A stretch of 64,000 nucleotides of DNA. It comes from a bacterium (lineage in GTDB: Bacteria > Bacteroidota > Ignavibacteria > UBA10030). Of this stretch, positions 41,101 to 52,188 are shown piece after piece. Below the pieces are notes generated by a model. That model was given only the letters and a program-made list of their open reading frames with translations, did no database searches and was not told the DNA's origin. Made by a program: the position numbers and the translations under genes. The stretch's first letter is position 1. Every line of letters begins with the position of its first letter. Location of the stretch: NCBI GenBank assembly GCA_043803945.1, contig JAZDJN010000010.1, positions 1 through 64,000 on the forward strand, given 5' to 3'.

Positions 41101-42482
41101 ATCCGAATCGCCTTTCCCTCCACGAGCACCGGCTGGAATGCCTGGATACCCAACCTGTGCAAGGTCGGGGCACGATTCAGCATGACCGGATGACCATCGA
41201 TGATATGATCGAGAATATCCCAAACTTCAGGACCTTTCTTATCAACCATCTTTTTAGCACTCTTGACGGTTTTCACGAGGCCGCGCTCAATGAGTTTTCT
41301 TATGATCTGCGGTTTGAACAACTCGACAGCCATATCCTTCGGCAATCCGCATTCATGAAGTTTGAGTTCCGGACCAACAACGATAACGGAACGGCCGGAA
41401 TAATCGACACGTTTTCCAAGAAGATTTTGACGGAATCTTCCCTGCTTGCCTTTCAACATGTCGGAGAGCGACTTGAGTGCCCGGTTATTGTCGCTGCGAA
41501 CAGCATTTACGCGTCTCGAGTTATCGAGCAACGAGTCGACCGCTTCCTGAAGCATACGTTTCTCATTCCGAAGAATGACTTCTGGAGCCTTGATTTCAAT
41601 AAGTCTCTTCAATCGATTATTCCGGATGATAACCCGGCGATAGAGATCGTTCAAGTCGGAAGTCGCAAACCTTCCACCCTCCAAGGGAACGAGCGGGCGA
41701 AGCTCTGGGGGAATCACTGGAATGACATCAAGCACCATCCACTCGGGGCGATTTTTCGTGCTCTCCTCACTCTTCCGGAATGACTCGAGTATCCGTAACC
41801 TTTTCAATGCTTCATTCTTTTTCTGGACCGATGTTTCCGTCTTGACATCGATGCGGAGGCGGGTCGTAGTTTCCTCAACATTCACTCTCCGCAGGAGATC
41901 CTTAATTGCATCGCCGCCCATCTTCGCAATAAACTTTTTCGGATCGTTATCTTCTAAATCGAAGTTGCTCTCGGGCAATGAGGAGAGAATTTCCAGATAC
42001 TGATCTTCGGTGATCAGATCCTGCTTCTGCAGACCTGTGGTACCTGGACTGATAACGACATACGACTCGTAATAAATGATCTTTTCCAGTTCCTTACTTG
42101 TTAGTCCAAGCACATGACCGATCTTCGTCGGGAGGGAACGGAAGTACCAGATATGGACAACGGGAACCGCGAGCGCAATGTGTCCCATCCGCTCGCGCCT
42201 GACACTTTTCTGCGTCACTTCAACGCCGCAACGGTCACATGTAATCCCTTTATACCGGATTCTTTTATACTTTCCACAATGACATTCCCAATCTCTCACA
42301 GGGCCAAAGATCTTTTCACAGAACAGTCCATCCTTCTCCGGCCGGAAGGAACGATAGTTAATCGTCTCCGGTTTCGTGACCTCTCCATGCGAACGGGCGA
42401 GGATCATATCGGGAGAAGCGAGACCGATCGTGATCTTGGAAAATGTTTTTCGTGGTGTTGCTTCGTGTGTTGTAAAAGGCAT
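38190..42482 (-). CDS. rpoC: RNA polymerase beta' subunit
   Basis: Zinc finger CHCGKYK...[26 protein letters not shown]. Confidence 0.99.
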   Translation of the reverse strand: MPFTTHEATPRKTFSKITIGLASPDMILARSHGEVTKPETINYRSFRPEKDGLFCEKIFGPVRDWECHCGKYKRIRYKGITCDRCGVEVTQKSVRRERMGHIALAVPVVHIWYFRSLPTKIGHVLGLTSKELEKIIYYESYVVISPGTTGLQKQDLITEDQYLEILSSLPESNFDLEDNDPKKFIAKMGGDAIKDLLRRVNVEETTTRLRIDVKTETSVQKKNEALKRLRILESFRKSEESTKNRPEWMVLDVIPVIPPELRPLVPLEGGRFATSDLNDLYRRVIIRNNRLKRLIEIKAPEVILRNEKRMLQEAVDSLLDNSRRVNAVRSDNNRALKSLSDMLKGKQGRFRQNLLGKRVDYSGRSVIVVGPELKLHECGLPKDMAVELFKPQIIRKLIERGLVKTVKSAKKMVDKKGPEVWDILDHIIDGHPVMLNRAPTLHRLGIQAFQPVLVEGKAIRIHPMVCSAFNADFDGDQMAVHVPLSYEAQLEARILMLSSHNILSPASGAPIVTPTQDQVLGCYYLTKSKNNDLGEGMIFSSPEEVIIAYDQDKLALHAKIKVRIDNKLVETTTGRVIFNRILPSDVPFINELLNKKRLVQIVATVFRRCGNLVTAQFLDKLKTLGFQYATRGGLSVSIGDVIIPKEKYEMVAKAQKDVENVESQYYRGFITNGERYNKVIDIWTRATSKIAEKLFDSLQHSREGFNSLYMMVDSGARGSKEQVRQLAGMRGLMAKPQKSLSGATGELIENPIVANFREGLSILEYFISTHGARKGLADTALKTADAGYLTRRLIDVAQDGIICEEDCGTIRGVPTSALKEGEDVKEPLSERILGRVSVHDVTDPLNGTVIVKAGEIIDEDKAQSISETSIEIVEIRSALTCDARRGICAKCYGRDLTTAKIVEPGTAVGVIAAQSIGEPGTQLTLRTFHTGGTASLIASQSQIASKFEGSVRYDGIKFIETVGEAGKHLIVSGRSGVINIIDDDNRVLTKYDVPYGAVLAVKDGGKVHRSEMIYEWDPYNAVIVSEHPGTVKYVDLKENVTFREEPDEQTGHIQKVVIDSREKSLIPTLTILNAKGQKVASYPMPTRAHLIVDDGEEIHAGAVLVKIPRDIGKTRDITGGLPRVTELFEARHPNDPAIITEIDGVVTIGQPKRGAREVFVQSHDGKDRRTYLVPLGKHILVQDNDTIRAGERLSAGSIDPHDILRIKGTTSVQEYLVNEIQEVYRMQGVKINDKHIEVIVRQMMQKERIVDAGDTKYLEGDNIDKSRLHDDNQNLSGKVCVVSKGDSKLKNGAIVAKKNLREINTDLKKKTKKVAEARDTIPATSEPILLGITQASLTTDSFISAASFQETTKVLTDAAIEGKVDHLLGLKENVIMGHLIPAGTGQKKFKEIFVSSREAVAPAPEPLEIIEEVVELVQSKERKRKSKITT

Positions 42483-42565
42483 TGCCTACCTCCACATTAA
42501 AAATAATATTCTACAGCTCATACCAGTGGTTTCAGGATTCAAAGAAAAGCGAACGAGCCGCTTTC

Positions 42566-45500
42566 TCACTCGATTTTTATCTCGAGCCCGAGACCTTGTA
42601 ACTCACGGACAAGCACATTGAATGATTCCGGCACATTCGGTTCAGGGAGATTCTCGCCTTTGACGATCGCTTCGTAAACCTTCGCACGGCCAAGCACGTC
42701 ATCGGATTTCACGGTGAGTATTTCCTGGAGCACATTCGCAGCCCCGTAGCCCTCAAGTGCCCACACTTCCATCTCGCCGAACCGTTGCCCGCCAAATTGC
42801 GCTTTACCACCCAATGGCTGCTGGGTAATCAACGAGTATGGTCCGATTGAACGGGCATGAATCTTATCATCCACTAAGTGAGAGAGTTTCATCATATAAA
42901 TAAATCCGATTGACACTTCCTGGTCGAATGGTTCGCCTGTCCGGCCATCGATTAATTGCGACTTTGATGTCTCGCTAAGGCCTGCTTTCAGTAGTTGCGC
43001 CTGAACATCTTCCCAGGTTGCTCCATCAAAAATTGGTGAGGCGTATTTTTCACCTAATTTGAATCCGGCCCAGCCAAGAGCAACTTCAAAGAGCTGGCCG
43101 AGATTCATACGGGACGGAACACCAAGAGGATTGAGCACAAGGTCCACCGATGTGCCATCGGGAAGGAAAGGCATATCCTCCACCGGAACAACCGTGGAAA
43201 CAACACCCTTGTTACCATGGCGGCCTGCCATCTTATCTCCCACGGAGAGCTTGCGCTTCTTTGCAACATACACTTTTGCCAGTTGAACGATCCCGGGCGC
43301 CAATTCATCGCCGAGCTGGATCTTGTTCTTCTCGTGACGATAGAGTTCTTCGATTTCACTCAGCTTCTGACGATAGTTCTCAAATATCTTGACCACCATA
43401 TTATTCTTCCGGCGATCATCGATCCAGTCCTGGTTGAAATCGAGTTTATCAATTGTCTCCAGTGTGGCAAAGGTATCCTCCTTCAGCACAGTACTGCTCC
43501 GGAACACCATGTTGCCATCGAGATCGCGGATACCGATCGATTTCTCGCCTATGAGGAGTTGATCAAGTTTCTTCCCGAGCTTTTCCTGGAGATCTTTAAT
43601 ATCCTTCCGACGTAAACGTTCAAGCCCTTCAAGTTTCTTCTTATCCTCTTTTTTGCTCTCGGTGTCTTTCTTCTTTCGGCTGAACAGCTTGGTTGAAATG
43701 ACGATCCCCTTCATTCCTGGAGGAGCTTTCAGGGATGCATCTTTCACATCGCCGGCTTTCTCTCCGAAGATTGCTTTGAGCAGTTTCTCTTCCGGTGTTG
43801 GATCCGTTTCCCCTTTTGGTGTGATCTTGCCAATGAGGATGTCTCCTTCATTCACTTCGGCCCCAACGCGGATGATTCCATTTTCATCAAGGTCTTTCGT
43901 AGCCTCTTCGCTGACATTGGGAATTTCCCGTGTCAGCTCCTCTTCACCCCGTTTCGTATCACGGACCTGAAGCTCGAACTCTTCGATATGAATTGAAGTA
44001 AAAACATCCTCGGACACAACGCGTTCACTGACGATGATAGCATCCTCAAAGTTGTACCCTCGCCATGGCATAAATGCAACGAGTACGTTCCGACCCAGTG
44101 CAAGCTCACCTTGATCCGTTGCGCACCCATCCACGAGCACATCGCCCCGTTTGAACTTATCACCGGCATTGACAACGGGTTTTTGGTTGATGCATGTATC
44201 CTGGTTCGTACGGAAAAATTTTGTCAGTTTATATTCAACACGTCGCTTATCATCGAAGCTGATAATCGCTTCGGTACTATTCTCATCGATATCATATTGT
44301 ACGACAATACTATCGCCGGATACAGATTCGACTGCGCCATTCCGTTCTGCAACGATGATCGTGCGGGAATCACGAGCGAGTTTTTCCTCGAGACCGGTAC
44401 CGACGATCGGAGCTACCGGGGTGAGGAGTGGTACGGCCTGGCGTTGCATGTTCGATCCCATTAGAGCACGGTTTGCATCATCATGCTCGAGGAAGGGAAT
44501 TAACGCTGCGGCGGCACTCACAATCTGGTTGGGAGCAACATCCATGAAATGAATTTTATCGGGATCGGAAAGCGGATAATCGCTCTGGAACCGGGATTTG
44601 ATTTTCTCTTCACGGAACTTACCCTTGTCATCGATCGGTGCATTCGCCTGTGCGATGACAACTTCATCCTCTTTCTCGGCAGTCAGGAACTCGATCTCCT
44701 CAAGGACTTTTCCGCCCTTGACACGCCGGTATGGCGTTTCAATGAATCCAAAATCATTGATGCGTGCATGAATACAGAGTGACGAGATCAGACCGATGTT
44801 TGGACCTTCGGGAGTTTCAATGGGGCATAACCGGCCATAATGTGTGTAATGAACGTCACGAACCTCGAAGCCGGCGCGCTCACGCGTCAACCCGCCCGGT
44901 CCAAGCGCAGAGACACGACGTTTATGCGTCATCTCGGCAAGCGGATTCGTCTGATCCATGAACTGTGATAATTGGTTTGTTCCAAAAAACGCATTGATTA
45001 CACTCGTGATCGTCCGGGCATTCACCAGATCCTGCGGTGTGATTGTTTCGGCATCACGCAGGTTCATTCGCTCACGGATGGTTCTGGTCATGCGGGAGAG
45101 GCCGACATTAAATTGCTGGCCAAGTTGTTCACCGACAGTTCGCACGCGGCGATTCCCGAGGTGATCGATGTCGTCGATGGAGCGTTTACCCTGCTGCAGT
45201 TCGATGAGGTACTTCACAATGGCAACGATGTCATCGCGGGTCAGGGTTGTGACATCTTCTTTGATGCTAAGGTTGAGCTTTGCATTCATCCTGTGACGTC
45301 CAACATCGCCCAGATCGTACCGTTTTGGATTGAAGAAGAGGCGATCGATAAGATTCTTTGCTGTATCGAGATCGGGAGCCTCGCCGGAGCGCAATTGTGA
45401 ATAGATTGTTTCGAGCGCGTCCTCCTCGGAACGAGCGGCATCACGGAGGATTGTATTGGCAATGACCGAACTCTCTTCGGTTGCTTCTTTCTTCAGAAAT

Positions 45501-46351
45501 CGGATCTTTTTAATATCCGATTTCTTGATTTGCTTGAGATGCTCCTCGGCAAGCTTTGCATCTTTATTGATAAAAATTTCACCGGTTTTTTTATCGAACA
45601 CATCACTGCAGATTGTGCGACCGACATACTCTTTTAAATTTGCTTTATGCGCATCGACCTCTTCCACCAGATCGAACAAGTCGAGGATTTCATCATCGGA
45701 CGAATATCCCAGTGCACGAAGCAAAGTGGTCACGGGGAATTTCTTCTTTCGGTCGATATAGGCATACATCACATTATTGATATCGGTGGAGAACTCCACC
45801 CACGAACCGCGGAATGGGATAATGCGAGCGGAAAACATGAGTGTGCCATTCGGATGCACTGATTCTCCAAAAAATACACCCGGTGACCGATGCAGCTGGC
45901 TTACCACAACTCGTTCGGCACCATTGATGATAAACGTGCCGCGCGATGTCATGTACGGAAGGTTTCCTAGATATACTTCCTGTTCTATGGTATCGGTAAA
46001 CTCATCGCTTCCCTCTTTCTTTGAAGAGAGGCGGAGTTTTGCCTTGAGAGGAACAGAGTACGTTAATCCCCGTTCCTGACATTCCACGACGGAGTACTTT
46101 GGCTTCTCAACATAGTACTCGGCAAATTCCAGGAGAAAATTTTCACGCGCATCGGTAATCGGAAAATTCATCTCGAAGACTTGCTGCAGCCCGTGTTTTT
46201 TCCTTCGATGGGGAGTAATTTCTGCTTGAAGAAATTTATTATACGAATCGACCTGAATGTTGAGCAGATCTGGTGTTTCGATGACGGAAGGAATCCTTCC
46301 GAAAGAAATCCTTCCATTATAACCATTGGATTGGTTTTTCAAGTCAACCAC
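42566..46351 (-). CDS. rpoB: RNA polymerase beta subunit
   Basis: [44 protein letters not shown]. Confidence 0.99.
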   Translation of the reverse strand: MVDLKNQSNGYNGRISFGRIPSVIETPDLLNIQVDSYNKFLQAEITPHRRKKHGLQQVFEMNFPITDARENFLLEFAEYYVEKPKYSVVECQERGLTYSVPLKAKLRLSSKKEGSDEFTDTIEQEVYLGNLPYMTSRGTFIINGAERVVVSQLHRSPGVFFGESVHPNGTLMFSARIIPFRGSWVEFSTDINNVMYAYIDRKKKFPVTTLLRALGYSSDDEILDLFDLVEEVDAHKANLKEYVGRTICSDVFDKKTGEIFINKDAKLAEEHLKQIKKSDIKKIRFLKKEATEESSVIANTILRDAARSEEDALETIYSQLRSGEAPDLDTAKNLIDRLFFNPKRYDLGDVGRHRMNAKLNLSIKEDVTTLTRDDIVAIVKYLIELQQGKRSIDDIDHLGNRRVRTVGEQLGQQFNVGLSRMTRTIRERMNLRDAETITPQDLVNARTITSVINAFFGTNQLSQFMDQTNPLAEMTHKRRVSALGPGGLTRERAGFEVRDVHYTHYGRLCPIETPEGPNIGLISSLCIHARINDFGFIETPYRRVKGGKVLEEIEFLTAEKEDEVVIAQANAPIDDKGKFREEKIKSRFQSDYPLSDPDKIHFMDVAPNQIVSAAAALIPFLEHDDANRALMGSNMQRQAVPLLTPVAPIVGTGLEEKLARDSRTIIVAERNGAVESVSGDSIVVQYDIDENSTEAIISFDDKRRVEYKLTKFFRTNQDTCINQKPVVNAGDKFKRGDVLVDGCATDQGELALGRNVLVAFMPWRGYNFEDAIIVSERVVSEDVFTSIHIEEFELQVRDTKRGEEELTREIPNVSEEATKDLDENGIIRVGAEVNEGDILIGKITPKGETDPTPEEKLLKAIFGEKAGDVKDASLKAPPGMKGIVISTKLFSRKKKDTESKKEDKKKLEGLERLRRKDIKDLQEKLGKKLDQLLIGEKSIGIRDLDGNMVFRSSTVLKEDTFATLETIDKLDFNQDWIDDRRKNNMVVKIFENYRQKLSEIEELYRHEKNKIQLGDELAPGIVQLAKVYVAKKRKLSVGDKMAGRHGNKGVVSTVVPVEDMPFLPDGTSVDLVLNPLGVPSRMNLGQLFEVALGWAGFKLGEKYASPIFDGATWEDVQAQLLKAGLSETSKSQLIDGRTGEPFDQEVSIGFIYMMKLSHLVDDKIHARSIGPYSLITQQPLGGKAQFGGQRFGEMEVWALEGYGAANVLQEILTVKSDDVLGRAKVYEAIVKGENLPEPNVPESFNVLVRELQGLGLEIKIE

Positions 46352-46447
46352 TCCTTACTTAATAGTGAAATCTCGATCCTCGCCGATCCCCTGCGAGAGT
46401 TTCTTAAGCGATGGTACTTCTGCTTGGTATCTCTCTAAAGAAGGCTC

Positions 46448-46492
46448 AAGCCGATGACATCCTTCCCCTTTTTCAGGGAGGAACCATCGGCT
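46448..46492 (-). promoter_or_regulatory. Long hairpin in the rplL-rpoB spacer (possible attenuator or processing site)
   Basis: AAGCCGATG/CATCGGCTT outer stem and TCCTTCCCT/AGGGAGGA inner stem. Confidence 0.4.
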
Positions 46493-46568
46493 TTGCCTTA
46501 CAACTGCTGTCTGGATTGACCGTTTTTTATCATGAACGCAATTGATCATGAAAACAGACAATCGTGAA

Positions 46569-46946
46569 CTACTTCAACTCGACGGTAGCACCTGCTTCTT
46601 CGAGTTCCTTTTTCAGCTTCTCAGCTTCCTCTTTGTTCAGCGATTCCTTGACAACCTTGGGAGCACCGTCAACGAGATCTTTTGCTTCTTTGAGACCGAG
46701 GCCGGTTGCTGCGCGAACAACTTTGATTACGTTGATCTTCTGGGCGCCAGTGCTCTTCAGTTCGACATTAAACTCCGTCTTCTCTTCAACTATGGCAGGA
46801 GCGGCAGCGGCGGGCAGTGCACCGGCCATCATCATCGGGGATGCTGCAGTGACGCCAAACTTCTCTTCGAGGGCCTTCTTGAGCTCTGATGCTTCGAGCA
46901 GCGTTAACTTTTCAATTTTTTCAACAAGTTCTTGTACGACTGACAT
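46569..46946 (-). CDS. rplL: 50S ribosomal protein L7/L12
   Basis: [26 protein letters not shown]. Confidence 0.98.
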   Translation of the reverse strand: MSVVQELVEKIEKLTLLEASELKKALEEKFGVTAASPMMMAGALPAAAAPAIVEEKTEFNVELKSTGAQKINVIKVVRAATGLGLKEAKDLVDGAPKVVKESLNKEEAEKLKKELEEAGATVELK

Positions 46947-46991
46947 GAGAATTCTCCTTAATAAATGTTTTCAACAATCTGTGTTCAATGA

Positions 46992-47513
46992 TCACGCCGC
47001 TTTTTTCTGGGCAATCTGATCGACGACGCTGACAAGATCGCGCATGACGGCATTGAGTGCACCAACGATTCCAGAAGCAGGTGCTTGTAGCGTTCCTACA
47101 ATCCCGGCCATAAGATCGGTGCGTGTCGGTAGTTTCGAAAGTTGATCGAGTTGGGAGCCATCGAAGACTTGTTTTTCGAGGACAGCGGCTTTTAATGTCA
47201 ACTTGCCTGTTTTCTCGTTAAACTTCTTGATCACTCGTGCAGGGGCAACCGCATCTTCAAATGCGAAAGCGATTCCTGTTGGACCGACCAACTTCTCGTA
47301 AACGCGATCATATCCTGTAACCTGTTCCAGCGCTTTGCGAGCCAGCGTATTCTTCACAACCCGGTATTCAATGCCAGACTTTCTGAATTCCCGCCGCAGC
47401 TCGGTTTCTTGGGCAACGGTCATCTTCGAAAAATCGGCAAAATACAGGGCAGATGCCTGCAAAACTTTCTCAACAAGTTCAGCGACTATCGCCTCTTTTT
47501 CTTGTCGGTTCAT
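46992..47513 (-). CDS. rplJ: 50S ribosomal protein L10
   Basis: VVKNTLA, GPTGIAF, LSKLP; position before rplL. Confidence 0.96.
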   Translation of the reverse strand: MNRQEKEAIVAELVEKVLQASALYFADFSKMTVAQETELRREFRKSGIEYRVVKNTLARKALEQVTGYDRVYEKLVGPTGIAFAFEDAVAPARVIKKFNEKTGKLTLKAAVLEKQVFDGSQLDQLSKLPTRTDLMAGIVGTLQAPASGIVGALNAVMRDLVSVVDQIAQKKAA

Positions 47514-47538
47514 TGTAATCCTTTTAATTAGGGTATGT

Positions 47539-47579
47539 GAATCCTGATGAGAAGCCCTCTTCGAGAGGCATCAGAATTC
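47539..47579 (-). promoter_or_regulatory. Putative L10 leader (autoregulatory RNA)
   Basis: CTGATG/CATCAG stem with an asymmetric bulge and a CTCT-CGA-AGAG apical hairpin directly upstream of rplJ. Confidence 0.4.
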
Positions 47580-47629
47580 CCATCGTGTAATGTATCAGTG
47601 AGTGCGTAATTTCATTGTAGAGCGATGTC

Positions 47630-48328
47630 CTACTGATGGACAGCGACCTCTGTCCGATCGATGTGAACACCAGGGCCCATCGTTGTCGAGATAGCAATGC
47701 TCTTGATATAGGTACCTTTCGCCGTTGCCGGTTTCATCCGAACGACCGTACTCAGGAATGACTGGATATTTTCGACCAGTTTTTCCTTTTCAAAATTTGC
47801 TTTGCCGATCGTTGCATGAACGATTCCCGCTTTGTCGACACGGAATTCAATCTTTCCTGCTTTTACTTCTTTCACGGCTTTGCCGATTTCCGGCGTGACT
47901 GTTCCGCTTTTTGGATTTGGCATCAACCCGCGGGGCCCGAGAATTTTTCCGAGCTTTCCCAATTCGCCCATTACATCAGGTGTCGCGATGATAACATCGA
48001 CATCCGCCCAACCATGCTGAATTTTCTCAAGATATTCCTGGAATCCGACATAATCGGCACCGGCAGCTTTTGCCTCTTCGTCTTTCGGAGGCTTTGCGAT
48101 CGCCAGAACTCTTACTTCTTTGCCTATCCCATGCGGCAAAGAAACAGTCCCGCGAATTGCCTGATCGGCTTTTTTTGGATCAACACCCAATCGTACGGCG
48201 ATATCAACAGCTTCGGAAAATTTTGCGGTTGCGGTTTCTTTTACTTTTTGTACGGCATCAGCAATTGTATACTCTTTTTTCTGTACTATTGCAGCCGTCT
48301 TTTTGTATCGTTTGCTTCGTTGTCTCAT
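47630..48328 (-). CDS. rplA: 50S ribosomal protein L1
   Basis: LGVDP, RGTVSLPHG, LGPRGLMPNPKSGTV. Confidence 0.98.
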   Translation of the reverse strand: MRQRSKRYKKTAAIVQKKEYTIADAVQKVKETATAKFSEAVDIAVRLGVDPKKADQAIRGTVSLPHGIGKEVRVLAIAKPPKDEEAKAAGADYVGFQEYLEKIQHGWADVDVIIATPDVMGELGKLGKILGPRGLMPNPKSGTVTPEIGKAVKEVKAGKIEFRVDKAGIVHATIGKANFEKEKLVENIQSFLSTVVRMKPATAKGTYIKSIAISTTMGPGVHIDRTEVAVHQ

Positions 48329-48367
48329 AGTCTTACAACTCACTCTAATAAAATGTGGAACAGTCGT

Positions 48368-48793
48368 TTACTCTTCAACGGTAATACCCATGCTGCGCGC
48401 AGTACCGGCAACCATACTCATCGCGGTCTCGATCGTCGCGGCATTGAGGTCTGGCATTTTGAGTTCAGCAATCTCACGGACTTGCTTGCTCGTTACCCTC
48501 CCCACTTTATTTCGATTCGGTTCACCGGAACCTTTTTCCAACTTTGCTGCCTTCAGCAACAGTGTCGCCGCTGGAGGGGTCTTGGTAATGAAGGTGAATG
48601 ATTTGTCGCTGAAGACTGTGATGACCACAGGGATAATTAATCCCATCTGATCTTTGGTCCTCGCGTTGAACTGTTTGCAGAACTCCATGATGTTCACGCC
48701 CTTTTGACCGAGAGCGGGACCAACAGGAGGAGCAGGATTTGCCTGACCGGCAGGGATCTGAAGCTTGATGAAGCCGGTAATTTTTTTTGCCAT
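48368..48793 (-). CDS. rplK: 50S ribosomal protein L11
   Basis: [20 protein letters not shown]. Confidence 0.98.
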   Translation of the reverse strand: MAKKITGFIKLQIPAGQANPAPPVGPALGQKGVNIMEFCKQFNARTKDQMGLIIPVVITVFSDKSFTFITKTPPAATLLLKAAKLEKGSGEPNRNKVGRVTSKQVREIAELKMPDLNAATIETAMSMVAGTARSMGITVEE

Positions 48794-48826
48794 ACACTTT
48801 ATCCTTCACCTAACTCAACGAGATAA

Positions 48827-49360
48827 TTACTTTTCTAATTCAACTTGTGTAAAATCCAATTCGATAGGAGTTTTCCGGCCGAAAATACTCACCATCACTT
48901 TCACTTTCATCTTTTCGCCATTGACTTCTTGAACAAAGCCGGAGAAATTATTGAACGGGCCGTCGACCACCTTCACGGGATCGCCCATGCGAAATGGAAT
49001 TTCAACCAGTTCCATCTCACCCTTCGCTTCAAGCTTGCCAACAAGCCGACGCACCTCTTCAGGATGCAATGGCGAGGGATTATTCTTATCAGGAACGAAT
49101 CCGAGAACCGAAGGAGCTTCGAGGATAAGATGCGTTGTCTCTCTGTCGAGAATCGCTTCCACGAGAACGTAACCAGGGAAGAAGTTCTTCACCTTGGCTT
49201 TTTTCTTACCATCTTTTACTTCGATCACTTTCTCGGAAGGAATCAACACATTGGAAATTTTCTCAACCAAATTTGTCCGAGCGATTTCCGAATCAAGATA
49301 GGTCTTAACTTTTGCTTCGTGACCCGAGTATGTGCGGACGACGTACCAGCGTTTGTTCAA
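48827..49360 (-). CDS. nusG: Transcription factor NusG
   Basis: WYVVRTYSGHE, FPGYVLV, KOW DGPF, IFGRKTP. Confidence 0.98.
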   Translation of the reverse strand: MNKRWYVVRTYSGHEAKVKTYLDSEIARTNLVEKISNVLIPSEKVIEVKDGKKKAKVKNFFPGYVLVEAILDRETTHLILEAPSVLGFVPDKNNPSPLHPEEVRRLVGKLEAKGEMELVEIPFRMGDPVKVVDGPFNNFSGFVQEVNGEKMKVKVMVSIFGRKTPIELDFTQVELEK

Positions 49361-49384
49361 CTGAGACTCTCTGATTAGTGATGA

Positions 49385-49579
49385 CTACGCAAGATATTCA
49401 AATACCGCCTGCAGAATTCCACCGACGATCCTATCCACACCCCATGCAAAAAACGCAATAAAGAGGGAAACGACAATAACCACTTTTGTCGATTCAGCAA
49501 GTTCTTCACGCGTCGGCCACGTGACTTTCCCCATCTCTTTTACTACATCATTGAAGAAGTTGATTATCTTTTCTTTCAT
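49385..49579 (-). CDS. secE: Preprotein translocase SecE
   Basis: EMGKVTWP plus one transmembrane helix; lies between tRNA-Trp and nusG. Confidence 0.96.
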   Translation of the reverse strand: MKEKIINFFNDVVKEMGKVTWPTREELAESTKVVIVVSLFIAFFAWGVDRIVGGILQAVFEYLA

Positions 49580-49633
49580 GGTCTTCTCTAGGGTCTCACA
49601 CCCTGTTGGTTATTGATGCCTACTATTGAGCAG

Positions 49634-49706
49634 CACGTCAGGAGGGACTCGAACCCCCAACCTGCGGTTTTGGAGACCGCTGCTCTACCAATTGAGCCAC
49701 TGACGT
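49634..49706 (-). tRNA. tRNA-Trp(CCA)
   Basis: ACGTCAG...GCGGT-CT-CCA-AA-ACCGC...GGTTCGAGTCC...CTGACGTG cloverleaf. Confidence 0.96.
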
Positions 49707-49773
49707 ATTGGAATAATACCTTTTGGCGGGCGATGATCCCCCGCGTAGGTTCCTCAGCCTTGGCGGTGAGGAT

Positions 49774-49923
49774 TTACTTAGTCTCCTTGTGTGGAGTACG
49801 CTTGTTACACCATGGGCAAAACTTTTTGTACTCGACACGTCCGGTCTGCTTCTTTTTATTCTTCGTCGTGCTATAGTTGCGACGTTTACAGGATGAGCAT
49901 TCAAGGGTAATGATATCTCTCAC
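49774..49923 (-). CDS. rpmG: 50S ribosomal protein L33, zinc-binding type (not in ORF track)
   Basis: GTG start; [49 protein letters not shown]. Confidence 0.97.
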   Translation of the reverse strand: MRDIITLECSSCKRRNYSTTKNKKKQTGRVEYKKFCPWCNKRTPHKETK

Positions 49924-49959
49924 GGCTTATCTCTCCAACATAATTGTATTTTTCTCTCG

Positions 49960-50032
<73 letters not shown>

Positions 50033-50048
50033 AACAGTTGACTCATCG

Positions 50049-50124
50049 TGGAGCGGGAGACGGGACTCGAACCCGCGACCAACAGCTTGGAAGGCTGTGA
50101 CTCTACCAACTGAGTTACTCCCGC
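50049..50124 (-). tRNA. tRNA-Gly(TCC)
   Basis: GCGGGAG...ACAGC-CT-TCC-AA-GCTGT...GGTTCGAGTCC...CTCCCGCTCCA (CCA encoded). Confidence 0.97.
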
Positions 50125-50282
50125 AGAGTGCAAAATCAAGCTATTCCAATACTTATCGTCACATCATCAGGTTGAAAAACGTTTGGTTTTGAGTGTCCCT
50201 GGTTACAATTGGGTAACATTTACGATCTGTTTACACATTCTACCATTCATTTAGGGCGCATTATCGTAGTTTCAAGAGTATA

Positions 50283-50311
50283 AATATAAGATTCACAAAA
50301 TTAAATGTCAA
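50283..50311 (-). promoter_or_regulatory. sigma70-type promoter of the tRNA-rpmG-secE-nusG operon
   Basis: TTGACA-17 bp-TATATT with AT-rich upstream sequence. Confidence 0.7.
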
Positions 50312-52188
50312 CTACTTTATTTCAAAGAACAATAATAAGGTATGAACAGATACAAATATCTACTAATCTTAAAACAACTTTTCAAATATTACGGTGCATT
50401 AGCTTCCTTGACCTTTCCTTCCGGGCAGGCCCTTCGGCTAGATTTTTCCCTTTTGCGTTCGATCTCCAGACCTTTACCTTCTTTGCCTCCTTCGCATGAA
50501 GGGTATCATCTGGACTGCCACCAGCCAACCACTCGTCTAATTTCGGTGGTTCCGCATCAGTAGGCTGATTGCTAAACTAACTGGATCGACGGATAATGCT
50601 CTGTCGAGTCAGAGTCGCGTGCCACAACAGCGGCACAGCAGGCTACCTTTCAGCCCGCTGCGATTAGTGTCAGCAGCAACGCAGTTGAAGCACACTGGGT
50701 TCCCGCACGCGTCGCAGCCACGCTGCCGAGCGAGGATTGCCAACCTAACGTCCATTCCGCCTCGGTTGTTCCTGCTTGGAGCACTCTCAAGGGAGAAAAG
50801 ATCATAATGTACATCATACAGAAGAACGGCTAAGGAATAAACTCTATCTTGACATTATCTACGAATATACTGAAGGGAGAGAATCGGGAAGTTTAATTGT
50901 CGTTGAAGGGAAATAATAGTTGACGTTAATCATGCTGCTCCTTATAAGGTGTTGAATAGAGTCGACTACTTTAAACAATTACAAAGGTCTGCTGAAACTC
51001 AGAATACTCAATTCGAATTGGAAGTCATAGAAAAGCCACTTCACGATAATTCCGCAAAGAGGAAGAACACGCTGGAGAGGATTGCACCTTGCCAGCCCCA
51101 TCAAATCTATCCAAGGATGCAATTGGCAAGTATGGGATGCGCACACACAGCAGTGAAACATCTCATGGTACGATCTTCGGATCGGCATATAGCGCCTTAT
51201 TCTGCTCCAACTTCAAGTTGCGGGTTCAACTCGGGGCTAGAGAAAAAACGGGCCAATTCTTTCCAGATTAGGCCTTTCTCATAACGCTTGTCCGAGAATT
51301 TTTGTTGTGGATGGGAATGTCATTGATACGATCGAAAAAAAATATCTGAAGAACTTATGCTCTATCCTTACACTTATTGATCTAAGATAAACATGGCAAA
51401 CATTATCACTTTTTCCCGACAACAATAGAAAATGGGAGATTACGATCCCATTGTGTGTTGTTGCGTGAGGGATGCTGGTTCGAACGTGTTTCACGATAGG
51501 GAGATGATTGGTAAGTGATTACTTCGTTTCATAGAGACGAACTCCATTCCACAAGCGGCAACTCTTGAGTCTTAAGAAATTTCGAATTTCTTATACATTT
51601 CACAGGTCTGTTGAAGACCGGGATTTCTTGGGGGTCTAATACTTTGAGAGATAGGGATATTCACCCTATTTATAGAATACCCTTTCTCAAGTATCTAGCG
51701 AATTGACCTTCTCCACTTCGTGGGAAATCGGGAATATTGTGTGAGCCTCTTTTCTTCGAAAGATTGGTACTGAAGAATTATCTCGGGAGGTTTCCGAGAC
51801 GAGATGATACTGATGATCTGTTTCTGGGAAACACTTTTCCACTCCCCTCTCCCAACGATCATCATCACCACACTGCACTACTACTCCCTATTAATATCGA
51901 CAGTTAGAGAGCGTAGCTTCCCTCCCGTATACCTATCTCTTTCTTCCTTCTCTTACACTACATTGAATTGATCCCGTAGCGGAAAACTCCATATTAATTT
52001 AGATGCTAGGATATTCTCAATTGAGAATCAATCCCCAAACTACCATACTTTTCTCTCTCCCCGTCTTCCACTCTTCTCTGCTCATACTCTCATACTCTCT
52101 CACAAGGCGTCTCGCCGAGCATTCGATGTATGTATTTTCCAACACTTGACTCTTCACCCGCCAGACGGTGTTTACTCCCCACACCTCT

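Noticed and set aside
40935-41783. 282-aa plus-strand ORF and similar long antisense ORFs (47816..48601, 18236..18781, 4922..5515)
   Set aside because: Shadow frames opposite conserved genes (rpoC, rplA/rplK, rplQ, CoA-transferase) with no domain signatures.
37722-46351. Streptomycin or rifampicin resistance alleles in rpsL/rpoB
   Set aside because: PKKPNS, RVKDLP and [24 protein letters not shown] look like wild-type motifs.
49638-49904. 88-aa ORF and the opposite 87-aa ORF
   Set aside because: They overlap tRNA-Trp and the real rpmG in other frames.
50600-50790. Possible integron attC site (GCCACAAC..., ACCTAAC)
   Set aside because: No matching GTTRRRY core at a suitable distance, no cassette ORF and no integrase.
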